Made by a program: the position numbers and the translations under genes. The notes under the pieces are model-generated. The model was given only the letters and a program-made list of their open reading frames with translations, was not told the origin of the DNA and searched no databases. A stretch of 64,000 nt of DNA from Microcoleus sp. (GTDB lineage: Bacteria > Cyanobacteriota > Cyanobacteriia > Cyanobacteriales > Microcoleaceae), in NCBI GenBank assembly GCA_052279835.1, contig CP181291.1, positions 5,632,001 through 5,696,000 on the forward strand. The letters are read 5' to 3'. Positions 21,510-30,587 of this stretch are shown one piece after another. How positions within the stretch are numbered: the stretch's first letter is position 1; each line of letters opens with the position of its first letter.

Positions 21510-21575
21510 AAGAAACCGGGTTTTTACCGAATCTCTGGTAACAACCAAGTATCTTCGCAAAAACCCGGTTTCTGA
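21510..21575. repeat. AGAAACCGGGTTT...AAACCCGGTTTCT paired repeat (also at 33468-33620 x2, 39283-39313 and about 49105)
   Basis: Inverted arms recur at several intergenic sites. Confidence 0.75.
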
Positions 21576-21598
21576 GCTCCCGTGTATAATTCCTATGG

Positions 21599-24500
21599 CT
21601 AATTCACGTCTTCGGATACGCCTTCGATGAAGCCAACGGCTGCTTTGCCCCAAACGCTTGATTCGGTGAAGTGTTCGCCAACTTTCACGGCTGCATTTTT
21701 GCCACCGTTGTAAAGCCGTTTGACGCTGATTAGGTTTTCCCACTGGATGCCTTTTTGCTCTTTGATTTCCTTAAATTCTGCATCAATAATATTGAGTGCT
21801 TGTTCTTCGTCTTTCACGTAAGTATACTTTTTTTCTAATGCCTGAATGATTTGCACCACTGCGTTCAGTGCAGCTTCAGGGGAGGATTGCTGGGCGGCGA
21901 TGGTGATATTTTGGGCTTGATTGCCGTGGTTATCTCCGAAGTTGAAAGGGGCGTTGAAGGTTGAATAGGAGAAGTCTTGGGTGGGTTTATCAGCCATTTG
22001 TTTTGTTCTGTTGTGGATTTGCTGGGTGGTTTCGTCAATTTTAGCAAGGAGCTCGTTTGGTTGGGGTAGTTTGGCTGACTGCGGTGTTAGGGACAACTGA
22101 CGAATCGGGTAGTTGTAGTATTTGCAGGCAGCTTGGATGGCGAGGATGAGGTGGTGAATTTCTTTGCCGGATTTGGAGGGAATTAAGGTGAGGAGGTGGG
22201 GGAGATGGGGGGCGACTTTCTCTGTGTGCTGCTTAGCGATATTGGCGATCGCATCTATCGCCTTCCTACGCACATCAAATTCTGAATTTTCAGCCAGTTT
22301 AAGCAATCGCGGAATTGCTGTCTGGGAATCGATTTTGTGTAACGCATATGCCACACTCCAACGCACTGCCTGGGAATCGATTTTGTGTAACGCATATGCC
22401 GCACTCCAACGCACTGCCTGGGAATCGATTTTGTGTAACGCATATGCCGCACTCCAACGCACATTAATATCTGAGTCTTTATCAAGTTTAAGTAATGACG
22501 GAATAGCTACCTGGTCACCGATTTTGCCTAACGCATCTGCCACCTTACTACGCACATCAGAGTCTGAATCATCAACGAGCTTAAGTAATGACGGAATAGC
22601 TACCTGGTCACCGATTTTGCCTAACGCATATGCCGCCTTACTACGCACATCAGAGTCTGAATCATCAACGAGCTTAAGTAATGCCGGAATCGCTGCCTGG
22701 TCACCGATTTTGCCTAACGCATCTGCCACCTTACTACGCACATCAGAGTCTGAATCTTTAACGAGTTGAAGCAATCCCGGAATCGCTGCCTGGGAACCAA
22801 TTTTTTCTAACGCATCTGCGGCAGTAATACGCACATCGGACTCTGAATCTTTAAGAAGTTGAAGCAATCCCGGAATTGCTGCCTGGGAACCAATTTTTTC
22901 TAACGCATCTGCGGCAGTAATACGCACATCGGACTCTGAATCTTTAAGAAGTTGAAGCAATCCCGGAATTGCTGCCTGGGAACCGATTTTGCCTAACGCA
23001 TCTGCGGCAGTAATACGCACATCGGACTCTGAATCTTTAAGAAGTTGAAGCAATCCCGGAATTGCTGCCTGGGAACCAGTTTTTCCTAACGCATCTGCCA
23101 CACTATCACGCACATCAGAATGTGAATTATCAATAATTTGAAGTAATACCGGAATTGTTGCATAGGAAGGTACATTGCCTAAAGCTTCTGCCGCACTACT
23201 ACGGATATAATAGTCTGGATATTCAAGTAATTCAAGTAATCCCGGAATGGCTGCCTCGAAACTGATATTTTTTAACGCCTCTGCGGCAAGACTACGCACA
23301 TCCGAGTCTGAACCTTCAACGAGTTTGAATAAACCCGAAATCCTCTTATCCGATCGCACTTCCCCCAAAAGCGCAACCTTCAACCACCCCGGCACATCCA
23401 ACCCATCCACCAACCCAACCGCGCGCTTGTGAAACTCCCGCTGCACCTCCCCCGCCAGCCGCGCCCCCAACATCACATCGACCTCCAACGCCAGCCGCAC
23501 CACCCGCACCGCCTGCACTTCATCCCCCAACAACGACAGCATGAACGCCAGAGGCTCAGTCCATTTAAAATCATTTAAATAGAAATGCTGCAACCTTTCA
23601 TCATCCGTGACATCTTGATGCTTCTCAACCAACAGTTTCAGCAACGCCCGCCCCGCATAATACTCCTGAAATAATTGGTGATGAAACTCAATTTCCTCCG
23701 GCTTTGCCGCCACCTGCAACAGATGGTGTTCCAGCAAATCCTCCAGCCATTCCTTCGCCTTCGTTGGCGCATCCAGCACCCCCCGATCGCGCAACCAGCA
23801 CTCCAAAATTCCCTCAGCCCGATCGCGCGAAATTGCCACCAAACCCTCCGCAGGTTGCTGCAAATCGCCCTGCAACATCGCAAAAGCCAACTGCTGCAAA
23901 AGATCCGGTTTGAACCGCCGAAAATTATCCGAAACCAAGGGAACATCCTTAAACTTGTCATATCGGCGATCGAACTCCTGAAACAATTCGCCCTTACTCT
24001 GGGGAATTTTCAAGTTTGGCTCAAACACCTCGCACATCATCTTCAACAGTAACGGCGTTTCCGCAATTTCTCGCAGGCGATCGCGCAATTGTCGCAGCAA
24101 CGAATCCCCATGTTGCGGCAAATGCTTGTGCACAAATTCCTGCATTTGCGGTTGTGTCAGCGCGCACATTTCTAACTTTTTCTCAATCCCGAAAGATCCG
24201 CCCAGCGCCAAATCCCGCGTTGTCAAAATCATCGGCGTATCGGAATTTTCGTCGCGAAATAGCTGGAATTCCTGTCGCCGTTGTTGCGATGGTATCTCAT
24301 TCACGCCATCCAGCAACAGCAGCAACTTGTCATCTAACAGCCAATCTTTCACTTCTTCCTCGCTAACTCTGAGTTTTGCTTGGCGAAATTCAGCACAAAT
24401 TGCTTGTTCGATCGAGCGATCGCTCCTCAACTGCACTAATATCGGAATCGGGCGATCGCAATCCTCCAATGCTTCCCGTGCCAATTCCCACCGAAAACGC

Positions 24501-24766
24501 TGTAAAACCGTCGATTTTCCCGAACCGGGCTTACCCACTAGCACCACATTTCCGTCGCGCAGGTATTTGCGGATTCCTGAGAGCACTTCCAGGCGATCGA
24601 TTTTGGTTTCTAGTTTATTTTTGGGAGTTTCGGGCGATCGATCTTCCGGTGAAATTTCCACCCGCACCTCTACCTGTAAATCCGTCAGCGTGTAGAGATG
24701 CTGTTGTTTTTGATAAGACTCAACCAGGGATTGCAGATATTTAGGAAAATCAACTGGTGTTGCCAT
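21599..24766 (-). CDS. NACHT NTPase plus HEAT (PBS-lyase-like) repeat protein, NLR-like
   Basis: Walker A GKPGSGKST, Walker B LLLLLDGVNE, ILTTR, TPLLL, EFHHQLFQEYYA; 31-aa HEAT repeats (AIPGLLQLLKDSESDVRITAADALGKIGSQA). Confidence 0.92.
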   Translation of the reverse strand: MATPVDFPKYLQSLVESYQKQQHLYTLTDLQVEVRVEISPEDRSPETPKNKLETKIDRLEVLSGIRKYLRDGNVVLVGKPGSGKSTVLQRFRWELAREALEDCDRPIPILVQLRSDRSIEQAICAEFRQAKLRVSEEEVKDWLLDDKLLLLLDGVNEIPSQQRRQEFQLFRDENSDTPMILTTRDLALGGSFGIEKKLEMCALTQPQMQEFVHKHLPQHGDSLLRQLRDRLREIAETPLLLKMMCEVFEPNLKIPQSKGELFQEFDRRYDKFKDVPLVSDNFRRFKPDLLQQLAFAMLQGDLQQPAEGLVAISRDRAEGILECWLRDRGVLDAPTKAKEWLEDLLEHHLLQVAAKPEEIEFHHQLFQEYYAGRALLKLLVEKHQDVTDDERLQHFYLNDFKWTEPLAFMLSLLGDEVQAVRVVRLALEVDVMLGARLAGEVQREFHKRAVGLVDGLDVPGWLKVALLGEVRSDKRISGLFKLVEGSDSDVRSLAAEALKNISFEAAIPGLLELLEYPDYYIRSSAAEALGNVPSYATIPVLLQIIDNSHSDVRDSVADALGKTGSQAAIPGLLQLLKDSESDVRITAADALGKIGSQAAIPGLLQLLKDSESDVRITAADALEKIGSQAAIPGLLQLLKDSESDVRITAADALEKIGSQAAIPGLLQLVKDSDSDVRSKVADALGKIGDQAAIPALLKLVDDSDSDVRSKAAYALGKIGDQVAIPSLLKLVDDSDSDVRSKVADALGKIGDQVAIPSLLKLDKDSDINVRWSAAYALHKIDSQAVRWSAAYALHKIDSQAVRWSVAYALHKIDSQTAIPRLLKLAENSEFDVRRKAIDAIANIAKQHTEKVAPHLPHLLTLIPSKSGKEIHHLILAIQAACKYYNYPIRQLSLTPQSAKLPQPNELLAKIDETTQQIHNRTKQMADKPTQDFSYSTFNAPFNFGDNHGNQAQNITIAAQQSSPEAALNAVVQIIQALEKKYTYVKDEEQALNIIDAEFKEIKEQKGIQWENLISVKRLYNGGKNAAVKVGEHFTESSVWGKAAVGFIEGVSEDVN

Positions 24767-24825
24767 TTGATTGTAGATTTTAGAATATCGATTGATTATA
24801 GAATTTTTCTAGATGTGCGATCGAC

Positions 24826-25016
24826 TCTCTTAGTCCGCGGAGGCGGACTTTGTTTATGTAGACGCGGTTTAAACCGCCCGGTTATCTTCATTTACGCGGT
24901 TTAAACCGCCCGGTTATCTTCATTTACGCGGTTTAAACCGCCCGGTTATCTTCATTTACGCGGTTTAAACCGCCCGGTTATCTTCATTTACGCGGTTTAA
25001 ACCGCCCGGTTATCTT
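24826..25016 (+). repeat. Dispersed repeat followed by about 4.8 identical tandem 32-bp units
   Basis: Unit ACGCGGTTTAAACCGCCCGGTTATCTTCATTT starts at 24862, 24894, 24926, 24958 and 24990; it contains the perfect palindrome GCGGTTTAAACCGC. Confidence 0.9.
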
Positions 25017-25030
25017 TGCGTAGACTAAGA

Positions 25031-26746
25031 TTAAGATGCAAACCGAAAATTCAACAGCGTACTCAGAGTAGCCCGATCGCGCCCATGTCTTTTAGAATCA
25101 TAAAGAGCCTCATCAGCCGCCAATACCAGCGTTGATATATCATTCTCCGGTCCAGGAACAACACTAGCAATTCCCAAACTAATTGTTACCACAGGATTCG
25201 GCAAATTAGCAACTTTTGAATGCTTAAAAACCAAATTCAAAGATTTAATATTAGCTCTAATTGTTTCAGCAACTATCGCAGCAGCCGACGCATCAGTCCC
25301 AGGTAAAATCACCGCAAATTCCTCGCCACCATACCGAGCCGCCACATCAGCAGGATGCTTGAGCGATCGAGCAATTGCCTGAGCTACCGATCGCAAACAA
25401 CTATCTCCAGCTTGATGCCCATAGGTATCATTATAAACTTTAAAATAATCTATATCGCACAAAATTAAAGATATCGGAGAACCATCACGACTCATGTGCT
25501 TCCACTCCGCCCGCAAACAACTGTCAAAATGCCGTCTATTCCCAATTTGAGTAAGTTCGTCCACGTTCACCAAAGCTTGTAGCCTTTCATTTTCTTGCTG
25601 TAAATCTTCCAGACAAACCCTTGGCCTAGGCTCGGAAAATTTTTCTTCTTGAAAATACAAGCGATATAATTCGCAAGACACCTGACAATTATTTCCCTCT
25701 AACTTTACCAAGCCCATACTGTCTAGCTGATAAGCAATTAAAGGCTCTATGTAAATACTATTTTGAGAACTTATCACCTGTTGAAAAGCTTCTGATAGTG
25801 CCGAATTTTTTTGCAATATTATCGACTGACTTTGAATATGTTCGCTATAAATTCCGCTTTGAGTAGGAGCTAATTTTAGCAGTTGTTCTAATTCGGTTTG
25901 CGCCGGATACTTGCCTGCCTCTGCTGACCATTCCCGGAGGTTATATTGTAAGGAATTTACTAGGTTATAAAGAGCCAAATGAACTAAATAAGGATGTCCT
26001 CCTACCATTTTCATTAATTGCTGCACTGGATAGCTATCGCTCCATTCCAGCCCATGTCGTCGCGCTAATTCTTGGACTTGCTCCACATTAAATTCTAACA
26101 ATTTAATTGGTAATCCTACATTAAAAGGAGATTGATTGAGACTCAAAGCCACATAAATTTCTGTTGAGTGAATCACGACCAAGCGGAGTTTTTGCCAAGT
26201 GTCAATTAGTCTGGCTTGTTCGTACCAGGAACGCAATAGTGGCAGGAATTCTTGAGCAATATTTGTACGTTCAAATACTCGATTGACTTCATTGAGTACC
26301 AAGACAATGGGAGTTTGAATTTCTTCTAGTAAATAGTTTTCAAAATACATAGTACAGCTTACTTTGCTGCCCATATCTTCATCCCAGAAATCATCCAAGT
26401 TGGGTGGGAGTTTGAGTTGTCTAGCTGCATTCACACAAAGCCATCGCAAAAATTTATCTAAGCTAGCAAAAGCAGCTTCATCCGCTTGCTGAAAATCTAC
26501 CGTGACAGTGCGGTATCCCCGCGCTAGTGCCGATTGAATTATGCGTAACATCAGAGAACTTTTGCCCATTTTTCTGGGGGCTTTAATCCGAATCAGGCTT
26601 CCGGGTTTGCCAATTTCTGCACAAGCTCGTGCTTCGGCTGGAGTTCGATCGATATAAAATCGAGAGTCCAGGGGTATGGGGCCACCGGGAAATTCTAAGT
26701 CTGCAACCCTCTGGATGAAATTTGGTGATTTGGGGATTCCTGCCAT
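25031..26746 (-). CDS. AAA-like (AAA_35-type) domain fused to a GGDEF diguanylate cyclase
   Basis: PGGPIPLDSRFYIDR, KAPRKMGKSS, QSPFNVG, GGHPYLV; C-terminal DELTQIGNRR, DIDYFK.YND.YGH..GD, ARYGGEEF. Confidence 0.88.
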   Translation of the reverse strand: MAGIPKSPNFIQRVADLEFPGGPIPLDSRFYIDRTPAEARACAEIGKPGSLIRIKAPRKMGKSSLMLRIIQSALARGYRTVTVDFQQADEAAFASLDKFLRWLCVNAARQLKLPPNLDDFWDEDMGSKVSCTMYFENYLLEEIQTPIVLVLNEVNRVFERTNIAQEFLPLLRSWYEQARLIDTWQKLRLVVIHSTEIYVALSLNQSPFNVGLPIKLLEFNVEQVQELARRHGLEWSDSYPVQQLMKMVGGHPYLVHLALYNLVNSLQYNLREWSAEAGKYPAQTELEQLLKLAPTQSGIYSEHIQSQSIILQKNSALSEAFQQVISSQNSIYIEPLIAYQLDSMGLVKLEGNNCQVSCELYRLYFQEEKFSEPRPRVCLEDLQQENERLQALVNVDELTQIGNRRHFDSCLRAEWKHMSRDGSPISLILCDIDYFKVYNDTYGHQAGDSCLRSVAQAIARSLKHPADVAARYGGEEFAVILPGTDASAAAIVAETIRANIKSLNLVFKHSKVANLPNPVVTISLGIASVVPGPENDISTLVLAADEALYDSKRHGRDRATLSTLLNFRFAS

Positions 26747-27043
26747 AGTTGTTGTGCGAGATGAGACCCTGATAAATAGTTAGATGCGTAAGCTCATACC
26801 AATCAACGCCAGCGCTGTGTTTCGCTACTGGGCTGTCTTCCAAAATATACCAGTCAGCCGATTTTAGGTTTGAGATTTGAGAGGGGAAAATTATTCAATA
26901 GTATAAAAAAGTTGCTGCAAATCTTTAAATAATTGGATCTGTCGATCGAGCTTGGAGTGTGAATTTGCTATAGTAGTGTCACTTTACTCAAAATCAAACC
27001 CTGCTTCCACTAAACTAGAAAACATCACAAGGAGAAATAATCA

Positions 27044-28306
27044 TTGTCACGCCGCTACCTGTTCACCTCTGAATCTGTTACCGAAGGCCATCCCGATAAA
27101 ATCTGCGATCAAATTTCAGATACGATTTTAGATGCCTTATTGACCGAAGACCCTAAAAGTCGCGTCGCTGCTGAAGTTGTTGTCAACACAGGCTTGATGC
27201 TGCTGACGGGAGAAATTACCACCAAAGCCCAGGTAAATTACATAGAATTAGCGCGGAAAAAAATAGCCGACATTGGCTACATCCACGCAGATAACGGTTT
27301 TTCCGCCAATAGCTGCTCGGTATTGGTGGCTCTTGACGCTCAGTCTCCCGATATTGCTCAAGGGGTGAATACAGCCCAGGAAAGTCGGGAACAATCTAGC
27401 GAAGAACAATTGGACGCCATTGGAGCAGGCGACCAAGGCTTGATGTTCGGCTTTGCTTGCAACGAAACGCCGGAATTGATGCCACTACCGATTAGCCTCG
27501 CCCACCGGATTTGCCGCCAACTCGCAGCAGTCAGAAAAACCGGTCAGTTATCTTATCTACGTCCCGATGGCAAAAGCCAAGTTACCGTGGTTTACGAAGA
27601 CGGCAAACCTGTGGGCATAGATACGATCTTAATTTCTACACAGCACACTGAGGCGATCGGCGATATTACTGATACTGCCGCAGTTCAAGCCAAAATTAAA
27701 GAAGACCTTTGGACTGCTGTGGTCGAACCCGTGTTTGCGGATATCGCCATCAAACCAGATGCAGAAACTCGCTTCCTTGTCAACCCCACCGGCAAATTTG
27801 TGATCGGCGGACCTCAAGGAGATTCTGGTTTGACTGGGCGCAAAATTATTGTGGATACCTACGGCGGTTATTCTCGTCACGGTGGCGGTGCTTTTTCTGG
27901 AAAAGACCCCACAAAGGTAGACCGCAGCGCGGCTTATGCTTGTCGCTACGTGGCTAAAAATATCGTGGCGGCCGGTTTGGCCGAAAAGTGTGAAGTGCAG
28001 TTGAGTTATGCGATCGGCGTGGCGCGGCCTGTGAGCATGATGATCGAAACTTTTGGCACTGGAAAAGTCGATGACGATCGCCTTTTGGAAGTAGTGAAGC
28101 AGTTGTTTGAACTACGTCCAGCGGGAATTATTCAAGCATTTAACTTGCAGAATTTGCCTGCGGAAAGGGGCGGCCGTTTCTATCAAGATGTAGCTGCTTA
28201 CGGTCACTTTGGACGCACTGATTTAGAGTTGCCTTGGGAGCAAACTGATAAGGTGGAACTGTTGAAATCAGCTTTGGTTCAGCAGTTGTCGGCAGTAACC
28301 CGATAG
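27044..28306 (+). CDS. metK: S-adenosylmethionine synthetase
   Basis: [38 protein letters not shown] start after an AAGGAG RBS. Confidence 0.98.
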   Translation: MSRRYLFTSESVTEGHPDKICDQISDTILDALLTEDPKSRVAAEVVVNTGLMLLTGEITTKAQVNYIELARKKIADIGYIHADNGFSANSCSVLVALDAQSPDIAQGVNTAQESREQSSEEQLDAIGAGDQGLMFGFACNETPELMPLPISLAHRICRQLAAVRKTGQLSYLRPDGKSQVTVVYEDGKPVGIDTILISTQHTEAIGDITDTAAVQAKIKEDLWTAVVEPVFADIAIKPDAETRFLVNPTGKFVIGGPQGDSGLTGRKIIVDTYGGYSRHGGGAFSGKDPTKVDRSAAYACRYVAKNIVAAGLAEKCEVQLSYAIGVARPVSMMIETFGTGKVDDDRLLEVVKQLFELRPAGIIQAFNLQNLPAERGGRFYQDVAAYGHFGRTDLELPWEQTDKVELLKSALVQQLSAVTR

Positions 28307-28336
28307 TAAAATTTCAGGAGCAAGCTACTAAAATTT

Positions 28337-28717
28337 AATACTGCTTGTTACCAGGCTCTGCCTGGTAACACAGATCCGGAGGCTCTGCCTCCAAGTTTCT
28401 CAAAAGCTGGCGAGGCAGAGCCTCTGGATCTCGGTTCCCAGGCAGAGCCGGGGAACCAGTTAAATACTGCTTGTTACCAGGCTCTGCCTGGTAACACAGA
28501 TCCGGAGGCTCTGCCTCCAAGTTTCTCAAAAGCTGGCGAGGCAGAGCCTCTGGATCTCGGTTCCCAGGCAGAGCCGGGGAACCAGTTAAAATACTGCTTG
28601 TTACCAGGCTCTGCCTGGTAACACAGATCCGGAGGCTCTGCCTCCAAGTTTCCCCAAAAGCTGGCGAGGCAGAGCCTCTGGATCTTGGTTCCCAGGCAGA
28701 GCCGGGGAACCAGTTAA
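28337..28717. repeat. Three tandem 126-127-bp units of paired palindromic REP-like elements (BIME-like)
   Basis: Units start at 28337, 28463 and 28590. Each contains GTTACCAGGCTCTGCCTGGTAAC and GAGGCTCTGCCTC plus an inverted partner. A solitary half-unit is at about 52302-52350. Confidence 0.9.
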
Positions 28718-28744
28718 ATAACAAATAACAAATTCCTATACTAA

Positions 28745-29914
28745 ATGCCATTTTTGGAGCCATTCCAGTCAGCAATTCGCAATTTCAAATCTTTATTAAA
28801 ACAGCAGTTTGCAGTTCCAGTTAACACAAAAAATAGAATAGCCATTTCAACCACCCTTGCGCCTCATCACACTGGAATGCGCGGTGTCTGGATACCCAGC
28901 ACAGACTGCAAAGTTCTCACTTCAAAACAACGAATTGCAGAAGCAATGGATTTCCTTGCCGATACGGGATTTAATACAGTATTTCCTGTAGTCTGGAATC
29001 GAGGTTTTACCGCTTATCCTTCTCAAATTATGCGCGAACAATTTGGAGTGGAAATTGACTCGCGCTATCAAGGACGTGACCCCTTAGCAGAGTTAATTAT
29101 TGAAGCAAATAGAGTCGGTTTAAAAGTTATTCCTTGGTTTGAATACGGCTTTGTGAGTTCTTACAATCTCAACGGTGGTCATTTGCTGGCGAAAAAACCA
29201 GAGTGGGCGGCGCGCGATCGCACTGGAAATTTGCTGAAAAAGAATAATTTCGAGTGGATGAACTCTCTAGACCCCGAAGTGCAAGACTTTCTGCTAAGTT
29301 TGATACTGGAAGTTGCGAAAAATTATCCTGTCCATGGCGTTCAAGGAGACGATCGCATTGCGCTTCCTTGTGAAGGTGGTTATGATGCTAAAACTGTGGA
29401 AAACTATCGCCAACAGTGCGGGAGAGAACCGCCAGCCAATCCTAGGGAGCAACATTGGCTGCACTGGCGCGCTGATATTATTACTGAATTTGTAGCTCGT
29501 TTATACCGAGAATTGAAAGGGATTAATCCAGATTTATTGCTGTCGATGTCGCCTAGTCCTTATGAATGGGGACTGGTGGAATATTTGCAGGATTCTAAAA
29601 GTTGGGTAGACAGAAAGTTGGTGGATATGATTCACCCGCAATTCTACCGCCGTGATTTTAACAGTTATCAGCAATTAGTCGATCGACTGGTGGGACAACA
29701 GTTTAACACAGAGCAATTACAGTACGTCTCGCCCGGTATTCTGTTGGCGAATCGAGGTAGTTCTTATTGCATAACTCCCGAACTGTTGTTAGAGGTGATT
29801 GCTTACCACCGTTCTTGCGGTATTCACGGAGAAGTTTTGTTTTTTTATGAAGCTTTGCGCGATAATCACGATGCTTTAGCTAAATGCTTGAAAAATAATC
29901 AGTATTTTCACTGA
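28745..29914 (+). CDS. Glycoside hydrolase-like family 10 (GHL10, YddW/DigH-like) protein
   Basis: MRGVWI, GFNTVFPVVWNRG, DPLAELI.EA...GLKVIPWFEYGF, PEVQDF, HGVQGDD, PQFYR. Start uncertain. Confidence 0.85.
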   Translation: MPFLEPFQSAIRNFKSLLKQQFAVPVNTKNRIAISTTLAPHHTGMRGVWIPSTDCKVLTSKQRIAEAMDFLADTGFNTVFPVVWNRGFTAYPSQIMREQFGVEIDSRYQGRDPLAELIIEANRVGLKVIPWFEYGFVSSYNLNGGHLLAKKPEWAARDRTGNLLKKNNFEWMNSLDPEVQDFLLSLILEVAKNYPVHGVQGDDRIALPCEGGYDAKTVENYRQQCGREPPANPREQHWLHWRADIITEFVARLYRELKGINPDLLLSMSPSPYEWGLVEYLQDSKSWVDRKLVDMIHPQFYRRDFNSYQQLVDRLVGQQFNTEQLQYVSPGILLANRGSSYCITPELLLEVIAYHRSCGIHGEVLFFYEALRDNHDALAKCLKNNQYFH

Positions 29915-30587
29915 TACATTATAATTTTAATTTTACCAGCTTTACGGAGGGTGGAATGGTTGCCTCTCCAGTCGATCGCCTGCTATATTTGTGATATCAG
30001 GTAATACCAACTCGTCGGCTGCTGAAACCGTTCGATTCAACTATTGCGATCGGATTGGTAGTCAAACTCCAAAGCTGAGGGATCGGGTGCATTGTCGAAA
30101 AGACAAAATCAGCTTTGGGTGAAACGATTTTCGGTTTGGGATTTGGGATTCTCCCCACGCCTCAAGGCAAAAACTTGCAAATTTTAGACCCTTTCGGGTT
30201 CATCAGTGGACTGGGCAACTTTTTCACTTGGGATTTATGACAAGGATTAAAAGTATGTGCCAGTAACTGCAAATAATCCTTTGGAGGTTATCTAAAATTC
30301 CCAATTGGCCTGTCACTCTTTGAACAAAAATAAAAAAGTACAACTCTGTGCTTGTAATGTGTTATGGGAATAAAACACACTGTCTGCATCAATCTTTATC
30401 TCTTTTTACCTGAAGAAGACTTTTAGGAGTTGAAAAATAATTGGTGAGGAGTCATCAAACATCTAATTATTTCTGAGACATCCACCGAATTCAATTTGCG
30501 GTTTTTATCAAACATAAAATCTGATTAGTTGGCGGCTGTATGTCTTAGGAAATAGAAAGAAATGTCCGTTGTGGAGAGTGAAAAAAA

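Noticed and set aside
24862..25016. CRISPR interpretation of the 32-bp palindromic repeats
   Set aside because: No spacers; head-to-tail identical units derived from a dispersed repeat.
28335..28775. 146-aa minus-strand ORF over the 126-bp repeats
   Set aside because: Translation of REP-like palindromes; overlaps the GHL10 start antisense.
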